A stretch of 53,317 bases of DNA, taken from the NCBI GenBank assembly GCA_003568945.1, contig BDIP01000004.1, forward strand, positions 1 through 53,317. Direction: 5' to 3'. The notes beneath the pieces are model-generated. The model did not search any database, had not been told where the DNA came from, and saw nothing but the letters and a program-made list of their open reading frames with translations. Source of the stretch: Kipferlia bialata (Eukaryota). This document shows, one piece after another, positions 38,807 to 51,200 of the stretch. The number at the start of each line of letters is the position of its first letter. Position 1 is the stretch's first letter. Made by a program: the position numbers and the translations under genes.

Positions 38807-39014
38807 CAACAGAGACACAATAGATATACAATAGATGGAGGCCATGGTCATACTATATAATGATTGAGTCTCAATTTGAGACATTCAGTTCAAATGATGG
38901 GAATACTTGCTATTATTATTTATTGCCATGGCCGTATCCAGACATTGAAGACAAAAACACTCTATTCCAACTCTTGACACTATCTCAACCACAGGTTAAG
39001 GAAGCCCTCTACTT

Positions 39015-39762
39015 CTACTGCTGGGTGCCCGAGATGACACGCTTCAGGTGGCTGATAAAGACCTAGAGTGAGACCCTAAAGAGATAATTAACACCAATAA
39101 CAGTGTATGCACATAAAGAGACGAGGTGACATTGCTGTCAGAATCAGTGTCGGTATCTGTCTGAGCAGTGTCTCCTCACCTGCATGTTGACGTCGTCTGT
39201 CAGGATGGTCTCTCCCTGGGGGGAGGTATCCTGGGGTCAGATGGCATGTATATGAATATGTATTGGATACTAATGTGTATTGGTTGCAATATGTATTGGT
39301 TGCAGATGCAGAGAACATAGGGGATAGGGGATACACCATGCAGCGACGCCTGGTAACAGATATTATCAGCTTCAGCACATCAACAGATGCCAACCCAACA
39401 AGACAAAGAGAAGCCCTCATCAATGCCACTCACCCTGAACTGTCCCATTGCGTTCTCCCCCTCCCTGTATGTCTTGGAGGGGTTCAGCCTCGAGAGCAGG
39501 AACCGAGCCTGGCTACCCCCCTGGTCACACACAGTCAAGGTGGGGTGGGGCATGCGGCTGGCATAAGGGAGGGGGGGGGGGGGGGGGGGGTTAATCGCTC
39601 AAATTGTCCTGCAACTTCTTCCCGCACATCCATACCTGTTGAGCATATCGTCTGATGTGTGGATGGGTGTCTCAATCAGTGCCTTCACGTTGCTGTGCTC
39701 CGGGTTCTCTGCCAGGCCCTGGTTGCGCCAAGCCACGACGGTGCTTCCATACCACACAATGA
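39015..39762 (-). CDS. SEC23: COPII coat Sec23, C-terminal ~115 aa only
   Basis: Four exons: [15 protein letters not shown]...LIETP / [27 protein letters not shown] / [12 protein letters not shown] / [24 protein letters not shown] and ILTDDV are Sec23 hallmarks. Confidence 0.92.
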
Positions 39763-40010
39763 CTGGCGTCAATATATAGGAAACGGCAAACCGAGGAAAT
39801 GTAGAGAGGGGAGAGAGATGGGGGGGGGGGGGGGGGGAGAAAAAAGGCCCCTTCCCCCTTCTTTCTCTCTCCCTCTCTCCCCTTCATTCTTTCTCTGCCC
39901 ATATATTTGTACATACTCATCTACCACTATTCTTATGGATATGTATAATATATATTGTGTATACATTGATATATCACTTTGTCGATACTGATACCTTATC
40001 TCTAATACAG

Positions 40011-43000
40011 GCACACATGCTTTGTCTCACAGTGGATGAGCTGTTGGAGAATAGGGACTCCTTCCTACGCTTGGAAGAGGTACGTTTCATACGCTTGGAA
40101 GAGATACATATATGGGATATATCAATGCTTAGATAGTATAGTTCAAGTATATGTATTTGCATTTATGTGTATGTGTGTGTTCTGATATATACGTCTCAGG
40201 AGGTGTACTACTCGTGGCAACTCAGTGTATCGCTTCCAGTGAGTGTATATATCTGATCTCATATATGTTTAGTGGACTGGAATCATAACCCCAGTCATCC
40301 TATCTTATATCTCATATCTTATATAATTTCTATATGTATATTATTTTATATATTGTCTATATATATTATATATATTATATCTTGTATATTATCGCATACT
40401 GAGAGCATACTGATAATATTGATGTATAGGTAGACATGGGTTCCAAGGTGCCCAAGGAGTTTCATATTCATATAGGTGTATCTGCTGTCCCTGTTATATC
40501 AGCAATGCTGATTCAGCATGTTTACTATATTGACATGTAGGTAGAGATGGGTTCCAAGGTGCCCAAGGAGTTCAAGCCGGTGACTCTTGGCCATGGATTG
40601 ATCCTAAACCTCAAAGACCGCACGACATATAGAGTAGAGTGTAACAAGGACCACACATGCCACTTAGTAAGGGAAGAGAGATTAGGGGCTTTTGCAGGTA
40701 TGTTGTGGATAAGGCGTATGAAGCACACTATTGTCCTTTATACTGTTTTTGTATTCTATATTCTTTATGATTTACCATGTTGGTATGCTATTAATCTTGA
40801 TAATTAGTATTGATACTAGACCTACCATTGACCACATGTGTTTGTGGAAGGAAGAGACTCTGCACCACACTTACACCCCAGAAGATATACTTGGTACAGT
40901 GTGCGTTGACGGGAAGGTGTTGTGTCACTGCAAGGAAACGAGAGTGTTGCCATCACTAATCAGACGTATATACCAGTGCGACACAGGTATGTATATATAA
41001 TATTATATCTTCATCCAATATTATTACGTCATACTATATAGTGGAAATGAAGTCCAGCCAGCCAATAAATGACTTCTTAGATAGTGTTGAATTATAGCCT
41101 TGTGTCTCGTTCGTTACACATACCATTGTGACACAGTGTACTACACCACTGTTGTTAATTATATATTTAGAAGTGTCTGTGTATGTAATAGTGTAGCACT
41201 CCTTCTAGATGTGATCTAATCACAAGGGAAATGGACTGATCACGATATCGTTACCAAGACTGATAGTGGTGAGGTCCCAGGCCTATTGGATGTCGTTGTC
41301 CTTGAGGGTCGGGCACTATTGAGTACGCGAGGTATACCTATATGTATACTTATACATATGTATGTAATGGATGTCGTAGTTCTTCAGGGTACTCTTGCGT
41401 ACACGAGGATATATATTACTCTACATAGTTATATATATACCATTCCGTGTTAGTTTTCATCAGTATTCACTTTCAATTATTGTTCTATGATATTTTACTA
41501 GGCCTAGTAGGGTGAAAGGTTAATATTATATTTACTGTAGGTGGTAACTGGCTACTGGACAGCGATACACTCGAATATGCCCAGTTGCCAGAGGCCCAGA
41601 TATCAGCAGATGGTAAGAGTTTCATATAGAGTACTTTCCACTGTAAGGTTGAGAACTATATACAAGTAAAGTCATAATAGTTATCTAAGTGACCGTCCTT
41701 GAGACCCAGCAGATGGTAAGAGTTTCTTTTCATATTGAGTACTTTCTGTCTGAAAGGCTTAGAACAGATACAAACATAGTAAGATTGGGTCACACTAGTA
41801 CTATTAGTGATATTGAGACTCTAAGTATGTGTGCCTATCTAATCGCAGCTCATGTGTTTAGTCCAATTCCAACAGCAATATGATAAAGATGTTTGGCAAA
41901 TATATAAATTATAGTAATTTTCCAATATTAATAGCCCAATATAAATATAACTTGCATCACAGGTGATTACTATTGACTCCTAATCTCAGCCCATGTGTTC
42001 AGTCCAATCCCAGTTGGAGACAGCGTTGTGTATGGCATTATGACAGAGCATGGTGAGGAATAGCTGTATTTCTATAAATACTGATACTGATACTGATACT
42101 CTCACTGATACACAGGTGAGGAGGTGTATCCCTCCTATTCCACTGTCAATGGGTGGGACATGACATTTCAGCGCAGCCTTCCAGAGGTACGATGCGAAAT
42201 AACCGTCCTGTAGGAAAACTATATTAGTCACTGTTTGTCCCTCTGTGTTCGTGTTCACTAACCACAGGGTTACTGGGGTCTCTGCCACATACCACTGGGT
42301 AACTGCACCCTGTCGATAGGGTACGGTGTGCTATAGGGGCAGCATATATGGATGGTTATTATACATGCGCTCACTGCTAGGTGTAATGTGCTAGATGCAG
42401 CGCCTGTGTGCCTATATGTATATATATATATATCTATATATATCTATATATCTTTATATAGAGACAAACTACTAGTGTAGAGTCTCTCTGTGTGTGTGTG
42501 AGATAGGCAAAACATATATATATATATGTATATATGCATATACAATATCCGCATATCTACACGAGTACACTGCGTACTCAGTACCAATTATATCACACTA
42601 ACTAATAGGTACCATGTGCTAGATGCAGAGTCTCTGTGAGGCGGACTATCAATTTATGTATTCCTAGTTACAACATTTATCATTTGCATTGTTTTCTCAC
42701 TAATAGGTACGATGCGCTAGATGCAGAGTCTCAGTGTGGAACAGACTATATATACATGTTCCTATATTCAATGTATATATACATATTTACTATTCTTCTC
42801 ACCACTAGTTACGATGCGCTTGATGCAGAGTCTCAGTGTGGAACAGACTATATATACATGTTCCCAATTACAATGTNNNNNNGAGTCTCAGTGTGGAACA
42901 GACTATATATACATGTTCCCAATTACAATGTATATATTCATATTTACTATTCTCACACTACTAGATACGATGCCCTGGATGCAGAGTCTCAGTGTGGGAT

Positions 43001-43714
43001 AGGGTACCTGGATGCTGTCAGTGGTCAGTTTGTCAAGTGCTGCGACTGCGACTTTGACTGTAGACTAGGTAATATCCAATGCATTTAATGGTTTAAACTC
43101 TTAAGTATGTATTCAGACATTTCTTAAATTATATCATGGTGTCAAAGTCTGATGTTTATGGATATATATATCAATGTGACTTGGAGTGTAGACTAGGTAC
43201 TAGGATCTCATCGCATATATTGACGATGTTTTGTGCCGATACCTTGTGTCTATGATAACTGAGTATATACACAGCTATGCTGACACTTTCACTTGGCGCG
43301 GTTCAAGACTTGGATATGTATTGGGATATCAACCCTCATACTTACACTAGGTGCTGACTTGGGTGGTGGGCGGTACCTGGTACAGTGCTATAGGTATGGC
43401 ATCCAACATTCCATAGTTCAAGAGATCGAGAGTAATCTTCTATAAAGTATCCTCTCTTAGGTGATATAGAGGGTACATCCGAGTTCCAGTGATGTTGTAT
43501 CATGGAGTCTAGATATTATATATTAGTACTCCATACACCATATTATTGTCACTACGCTGTGGTAGTATCCGTATGACTCTCTCAGTGATCCATCTATGAT
43601 CTATTCCTTATGCCCAGGGGCAGTGAGAAGGGGTCAGGCTGGTACATCCTTCACTTGGACCCGTCAATGCTACAGGAGACAGGGGGGGTGCTGACACAAG
43701 ACATATTCGATTGA
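40011..43714 (+). CDS. beta-propeller/kelch-like lineage-specific protein, paralog A (intron-rich)
   Basis: About 12 exons: ...MGSKVPKEFKPVTLGHG, VCVDGKVLC, IYQCDTG, NWLLDSDT, PIPVGDSV, YSTVNGWD, IGYLDAVSGQFV, DLGGGRYLVQC, GWYILHLDPSMLQETGGVL...FD*. Confidence 0.65.
42370..43000 (+). repeat. tandem ~100-bp repeat of intron 3' end plus exon start (YDALDAESQCG), 5-6 copies, contains an N gap
   Basis: GATGC(G/C)CT(A/T/G)GATGCAGAGTCTCAGTGTGG recurs at ~42711, ~42813, ~42883 (partial) and ~42969, with degenerate copies at ~42385 and ~42615. Confidence 0.9.
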
Positions 43715-44062
43715 TTGACGACTTCAACATAGTGTACCCTTTGTTCAACATAGCAGAATAGACCTGAGGTAATACATTGGCAACTGAGAGGTGACCACCT
43801 GACAAAGCCTAACAGCTGTATGCCTCCCTCAAGTATTCCACTCCGTATTCTGTCTACAGGGGGGGTATCTTTCTACACAACCCTTAGTATTTGAGGCCAT
43901 CCTTGAGGCAGACTTAGCATGTCGTTGTGAGGCAGCACTTTCTCAACCTCACACTCTTTCCCACCCTTTGCTCCACTCCACCAGCCATATATGCATCGTG
44001 TACTCACCCTCGATGAGCTCTTACACAGCACTCACCTTCCTATCTGGCTGGAGGAGGTCAGT

Positions 44063-45533
44063 ATGACAGGTGGGGACTCAGAGTCTTATGGGTCAACAGT
44101 GTTTACCATTCTAGTAGTATTCAAATCTATGAGTATTTAGTAAATACGCATATATCTAGACACCATACAGAGACTGTTATTAGTATTGGATACTGCATTT
44201 AGAAGCCTAAGTGTCAGGATTGCTGGATCCCTCTCAGTTTGACCCTGTGGCATTTGGTCACAACAATGTACTAAACAGGGAGGACAACACGACATACTGC
44301 GTGAGTAGTGTCAATGGCGTACCATCACTTGTTATGGGTGAGAGTGTGAATATGTATGGCGACAACTGCAAGTCCACCGTTTCTATTGACTCGAGGGTCC
44401 TCTGTCTTTTCGTGGATCACCCTAAATGGGCCGGTTCTAGAGGGTCCATTGGGGTATATCACTGTGATACAGGTGAGTGGAGAATTGACTGGTCTGTTAG
44501 CAGTCTGATACATTGTGACATATGACATGATCATTCTCACACAGTCCTGCAGACAGATATCACATCTGTCATGTATCTGTAAGTGAATCTTAGACGTATC
44601 TCTTTCATTATGAAGTCAGGTGTGAAATTCATGTGTGATTACAGGTCTGTGGACTGAGTGTACAGCGTCGATACATATCAAGATGGAGACACACGGAGTG
44701 ATTGGGAATATCCGCAGTATAGGGAACCGACTTCTTATCTGCCCGCACCACATACAGAACTGGATTCTAGATCTAGATTCAGGAGACACTCAGAAACTAC
44801 CGGAGTGTCCTTTACGCCCTGAAGAAGGTTTGTGTCTCAATATCTTCCATTCTCCATAGTTCATTATGCCTTGTTGTTAGAAAGTGTCCCTTCAGCTTAC
44901 TATTCACACGGTAACTTTCACTGCAACGTCTCAGTGTGATACTAATCGTTTAGAAATCATGTGTGCTCACAAACCTATAGTTGTTGGGGACACTGTGATA
45001 CACTCACTTACCGGAGATACTGGTCCAGTAGCTGGACAATATATAGTACGCCCCATAACCATATCCTACTCGGTGGCAAATGGATGGGATAGGACATTTC
45101 AGGCAACAGTGCCACCAGACTTCAACTGTGAGTGTCTGATTCCGATGGGTAACTCTACACTTTGCATCGAGTATGAATCAAGCGATACTAATGGGATTGG
45201 CTACTTTGACGCCGTGAGTGGAGAGTTTGTCCACTGTCAAGATGCTGATTTCTGGTGTGAAGAGCCAGCAGAGCTTGGAAATGGCCGGTACTTAGTCAGA
45301 TGTGGAAGGTACATAGTAGCTAGCATACGGATGGACTACATGGCAATGACAATGACAATAGCTATATTGCAGGAGTAGACACATAAGCACCACAAGTAGT
45401 TTTCAACTACTATATCATTCCATTTACATCCAGACATGGTGGAGAACCAGGCTGGTATCTACTGCACCTTGACCTGTCCAAGCTACAGGAGACAGGGGGA
45501 GTGCTAAGCCGAGACATGTTTGACCCAGAGTAG
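44063..45533 (+). CDS. beta-propeller/kelch-like lineage-specific protein, paralog B (intron-poor)
   Basis: Five exons: MTG / LLDPSQFDPVAFGHN...VYHCDTG / LWTEC...NWILDLDSG / ...PIVVGDTV...YSVANGWD...IGYFDAVSGEFV...ELGNGRYLVRC / ...GWYLLHLDLSKLQETGGVL...DPE*. Collinear with paralog A. Confidence 0.75.
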
Positions 45534-45880
45534 TAGCTGATATGATGGTTATGTATTGATAGTGATAGTGATACTTACTCCGAGAACCTGTGGTGGTCGC
45601 TCCAATCCATAAAATTCTCTTATATACTAGCATTATGGGTCTTTGTACTCAATTGTCACTGTTGATCGTGTGAAATGCATGTCGATCACATCCGTACAGT
45701 ACAGACCGATACACGGGCACTGTCTTCGTATAATGTCAATTCTGTGTGTTAACAGTAACACAAAAGGTATAGTCATTGAAGTGAAAACCTCAACTGTTGT
45801 AGTTCACTGAACACCTCAACATGTATCCAGGGTTCTGAAGCCTCAACAGCCAATGATCCTCCCTCTTCTCAACTCCTAGT

Positions 45881-47689
45881 ATGAGCCAGTCTCACACGAA
45901 GGGGAAGACGGCTAAGGCACCCGGGAAGGCTGACCGTGTAGGAGAAGGAGAGGGCCAGTACTTGATGGAAGTGCCCTCCTGTGGTAATGTCCACCTGAAG
46001 GTAATACCCACTCTATTAAGGAATCATTGATGTCTGTATCAACACTCAATACCTGAATATCACAACAGTAGGTGGTGTAATCTCCGCTACACCACCCCTA
46101 CCTCATCTCTCTTTCCCGTGTTAGCAAACTGAGTTTGCCAATCTCTAATCCCCTTGTGTGTACTCTACAGTGGACAATAGTGCAGGATGTAACTGAATCC
46201 AGTACACAACAGTAATCCTACCTATCCACCATCACCCCCACAGTGTGGGCCACACTGTGTCCGTGTTCTTACACGGTATAAATGTCTATCACCCTCACTC
46301 CATCATGACATAGATATTACACAGAATAACACTCCTAAGTTAGGAGTGCTATTCATTAGGAGCCCTAAGCTCACCCTCAGTCCATCATCGGAGTACTGAA
46401 CGGAGAGTGCTCTGCTGATGCCCTGGCCCCACCTGATGACGGTGTGGTGTTTGTCATGTGTCCAATGGTTGAGGAGGTATACACTCAAGAACCTCATGAA
46501 GTACTGTAACAGTAGACATGTGGCGTTAGCAAGATATGACAACAGTAATACTGTTACAGTATCGCTAGTGGGTACACTCTTTTTGGGTAGCAACCTCCAG
46601 GAATAAGGAATCGTTACAACTTACCCTATCTCTACAACATTGAGGCTGTGTAGCACACAGTGTATACTTTCACCGGTTTAGTGTGTCCCTCTATCAATTA
46701 TAGTCAAGTATCTCTCACACTATAGGTAGTGTCTCTCTGCCGTACTTCAGGCCCCACCTTCGTCCCTCTCTGGCAGGCTGTCTACCACGCTGGTGATGGT
46801 GCATTAGCCCTAAAGCCTGGGCGGCTGCATGCAGTGCTGTTCCCTGAGGTATGAAAACTCCTCCCACTAAGTATTTTGCGGGTGATTCCGAATGATTGGA
46901 ATCCTCTGTAGTGCTCTTCTCACTTTCAGAACACAGGCAGTTCTGCCGAGACCATGGTCCCTCTCTACTCGGTCTTTGGCAGGTTCTACTATATGAAGTA
47001 CCTGTACCCGTATACTTTTACATATACGATATCCATTGGTTTACCTGTTCGTGTCTGGAGATATAACCATCTGGAATCTAGGTCGACGGCATCCAAGTGT
47101 CCAGAAACAGACGCATGAATATACGTATAGTAGTATACAGCCTCCATCGCGTACAGTTGACTAATTCAGGTACTTGAACTCTCTAGGTGACACTAAGGGG
47201 CACCAAGCTCCCATACCCCCATGGTTTAAGGTCAGACCGAGCATGAGTATGCATAGAGATCTATACGTAAAAGTATATATACCTATATGAGGTCCCATAT
47301 ATCGGTCTCGGAGCTATGACAAATATGACTATAATATTGGGAATACACAATACATATAGAATAACGGGACGCACACATTTGTAATGCAGGCCGAATTGTA
47401 ACTTCCGTATCCTCATTCATAGGCCTGGTTGTCTCTATATTGGTTTGATTCAATATCCTGAGGATATACAGAATCTGTATATGTGACTATTCTCATTTAC
47501 AGGGCTTCATAGGGTACAAGACTGTGGACTGGATGACACCTGACGTCATCAAAGTCGTTCAGGCATTCAACATCCTCCTAGACCGGTATGTTTAGTTTCC
47601 ATACCCACATATGACATTTACTGAAGTCAATTTAAGACATATGCGACCTACGCACATGTATATTGTGTTACAGATCCCAAGACCACTGA
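45881..47689 (+). CDS. hypothetical multi-exon protein
   Basis: Exons MSQSHTKGKTAK..., SIIGVLNGECS..., PTFVPLWQAVYH..., NTGSSAETMVPLY..., GFIGYKTVDWMTPDV.... One phase mismatch implies a micro-exon I did not find. Confidence 0.4.
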
Positions 47690-48222
47690 TAAATTATCCT
47701 ATATATGCCTAAGAGGTATTATCATGTACTCTTTGTACACTCTAGATCATATACAAAATGAATATCCACAGTGGTTATAATATATCCAATTAGTGATCAT
47801 ATACAGTAAAAGTAAAAAATATACAGTACAAGTAAAATATATACAAACAGCAGTATAATAGCAGAACACTAGAGTTACCCCCTCTTTTCTCTATCAGCTC
47901 CAATTTTTTCCATCTATGGACATCTTTCAAAGTTCTACCATACCCTTACTCTTTCAGCTGCCCTCCTGTCTTAGACAGGCTGTCTACCATCACGTATGCT
48001 TAATCAGAATTGAGACTATATCCTCACTCTGCGGCCTGACTCTTGTATATCATTGCAATGAACACGTCCTTTAACTCTTGCAGCTGCCCCCCTGTCTACC
48101 ACACTTACTCCTAATTTACTCTTTGAGCTCCAATTTCTACCATCTAAGTTAGATGATCTAACACATGGCAAAGTTCCCACATTCTCATACTAACTTTCTA
48201 CAGCTGCCCTCCTGTCTACCAC

Positions 48223-51200
48223 ATGTTTGCAGTGTACCAGAAAAGTACCCTGCGTGTGAATCCCTTCCACCTATTCATGTATGGACATCGCTCCAACTAC
48301 CCAAAGGTATTCCATAAATCAGTGAAACAAGAGTCAGGTCACATGCTCGCATTGGGTCCAAAGACAAGAAGGTCTTGTCACAAGACCCTTACCCAATATC
48401 CCAATATACTCCTCTTGCACGCTACAGCATTTACCCTGATAGTATGCATCCTAACCCAGGACTTTGAATCTACTACCGCCGTGATCAGACAGAGCCACAC
48501 AGAGTGGTCCAGAGAGGTCCCAGAGACGTACGTGTACTAGGGTATTCAGTTGGTGTATGAGAAATGCATAGATCTAATCCAGTCTGACGTCAGCCTCTAC
48601 GACTTTTCGACCTTAAACATAGAGCCCAACCCCCTGATGTACGACGTATACCCTTCCATGCGACGCAGATGTGAGAGGCTGAGAACCACGGTGCTTGCCA
48701 TGCCACTTAAGACTGAGGAGGAACTGGCCAGGTGCGTTGTCCTGACAGATGATCATACATTCAGTGGAACAGCTTAAGAACTACAGAATACGCCATGAAT
48801 TATGAGATACTCTTTACTTAGATACAGAGGAGGAACTCGCCAGGTGGGGCATATTCTACCTGAAAGTCGTGTGGTTTCTCTTTTGATTGGCTAGAGATAT
48901 CAGTATCAGTATCAATACTGATCTTGATACCTGTGCTGAGTTTTGTCACACTCTTTCCACCACACTAGATTCGATATTAATAAGAGTGAAAATGGGAGTG
49001 TAAAACGTGTAGTAACACTAGGTATGCGGCGTCCCTCGGCGCCAAAGGCCTTGTGGTGACGTACCTGTCACAAACTGTGGATCCATTAAATAGTGCCATA
49101 GAGAGGTCTGTATACTATATATAGTACATATACATAGAATTTTATATAGTATATATAGTACATACATATTGACTAGTGGAGTCGCTCTGGTGAAATTTCT
49201 GAACCACGTATCTGCTAACCTTCTAATCCTTCCATTGGCTCTCACCTCAATTGCCAGTGAAAGTACTCGTATCATATATGTTAGTAGGTCAGGTACTATT
49301 GCTGATGCTCATATCCAGCGAGCTCGAGGCGGGCCTTGACGTAGTGCTCTGTCGCCTGTCAGACATCACTGAAGAAGCCAGCCCCCTGCTGCACAGGCTG
49401 TGGTATGCTATCAATGCTACACGCACCACAACTAGGGTGGTAGTAGCACTAGGCCCTCCAATGTACGTCATATACTAAGTTGTTGATGCAAAGATATACT
49501 CCACTACGAATATCACGGTTAGAACTCTAAGCATCATCTTGTCGTGTTATTAGACGATACACTGTATAGTTACTAGACTATAGTATGGTTCTGTGCGGTC
49601 CGGCTCTCACTGTAGGGAGACTATGGAGAGCAGATACAGAGGTCTACCATTATCACTGGCACTACACATGCCCTGGAGGTTGCTAGATGAGGGTGTTCCC
49701 ATAGACAAGGCATTCGACAGGAATGGAAAGGTGGACAATTGGATATAGTATGTGCCTATAGTTACATAGCGTGTGAGAGTGTCAAGTCCCCTTCCATATG
49801 TATGGATCCATTCGGATTTCGATATTTCTAATATATCTATACTTATCCTCAGCCTTGCATGGCCCTAACCTACTTCGACGAGCCACACGCAGGTCTAATG
49901 GAGACCAAACAGGAGGCTAGGGAGAGAAGGGAGAAGCTAAGGACCTCTGTTCTTCAGGATGTCATGGGTAAGTCAACTATAGTTATATATATACATCTTC
50001 CCGGGAAATATGTCTTGGGAGCGCATCCTACGCTTGTGTCTGAGTGTACCCATTTAGCAATAACTGGTATGTTGGCGGGTCTATTATCAACAGACTATTG
50101 GCTGGCCGATTCATTGGGGATTCGCCTGTTATTACTTACTCCAGGCCTACACTACTCCCAGGATGGGAGGCCAATCACAAGTGACGAGGTGAGTGCTTTG
50201 CTATAGGGTATGTACTGCTGTATGAACTCTATTAGCTAATGATCTTGGCCTCTCACGCATAGAATGCCTTGTTTAGACTGAATCACGCCGAAGCTGAAGG
50301 CAAGATATTCCCAGTGCACTTCAGTGAGGCAGGTAGGGAGAACTGCAAGCGAGTCCACACACTATGTACACAATATTACATTTCATGACAAATCTGAATT
50401 AATACTCTATATAGAGGTGTATAGTTAACTTTACAAAGGGTACTACTCACATATCCATATATGTGTTGTGTAACTCCACTGAATCAGTGGAGTCCACTGA
50501 TGTAAGCCACTCCTCTGTCAGTTGATTCCACCCACGTTTCACCCCAGAGATAGAGGCTGCCATTCAGTCCTGGAAGGGACTGGACCACGTGTCCTACGGT
50601 AAGCAGGTGCTGCCAGCGGCAGAGAGAGTGGCCGACATACTATGTGGCAAGAAGACCTACTCGGCAACCCCTGGCCGTCAGTCACTTGTGGCGGTACTCT
50701 TCATGACAGATGTGGAGGTGAGGAGTTCGATCATCTCTCCTTAACACCAACTATTTGCCACCACGTCACGATAGCAACAGTACCTATTACCATTACCACA
50801 GGTAGTGGCAGCCTGTCGACTCATCCCGGACCTTGTGCCTGTTTGGAATGTCACTGAAGGTGTGCGATGAACCTTTGTATTCGCTATTTGGATAGATAGG
50901 TTCCAACATGTTGCAAAGATTACGTAATTAGGAGATGAGGTGCTGACATAGAGGCAGTTGATTCAAGCATCCGACATCTAACATCTCAGACTCGACTGTC
51001 TGCTCTGGTACAGAAGTCGGACTTGCTTGCTCAATGGAGTATGCAGCACGGGTAGAAGAGCTTCACGCCACTCAGTTCGCAAGGAAGCTACGTCCCATTT
51101 GCTTCACCAAAGTGCCGGTGAGTCAATATGTCAAGTACTATAAGTACTATAGTTATGGCTCTGAGTAGGTAGTTTTCGATGTGATACTGTACTATCCTGA

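Noticed and set aside
42600..43000. CRISPR-like repeat-spacer array
   Set aside because: The spacers are themselves similar, the repeat is an exon start, the context is eukaryotic and no cas genes are present.
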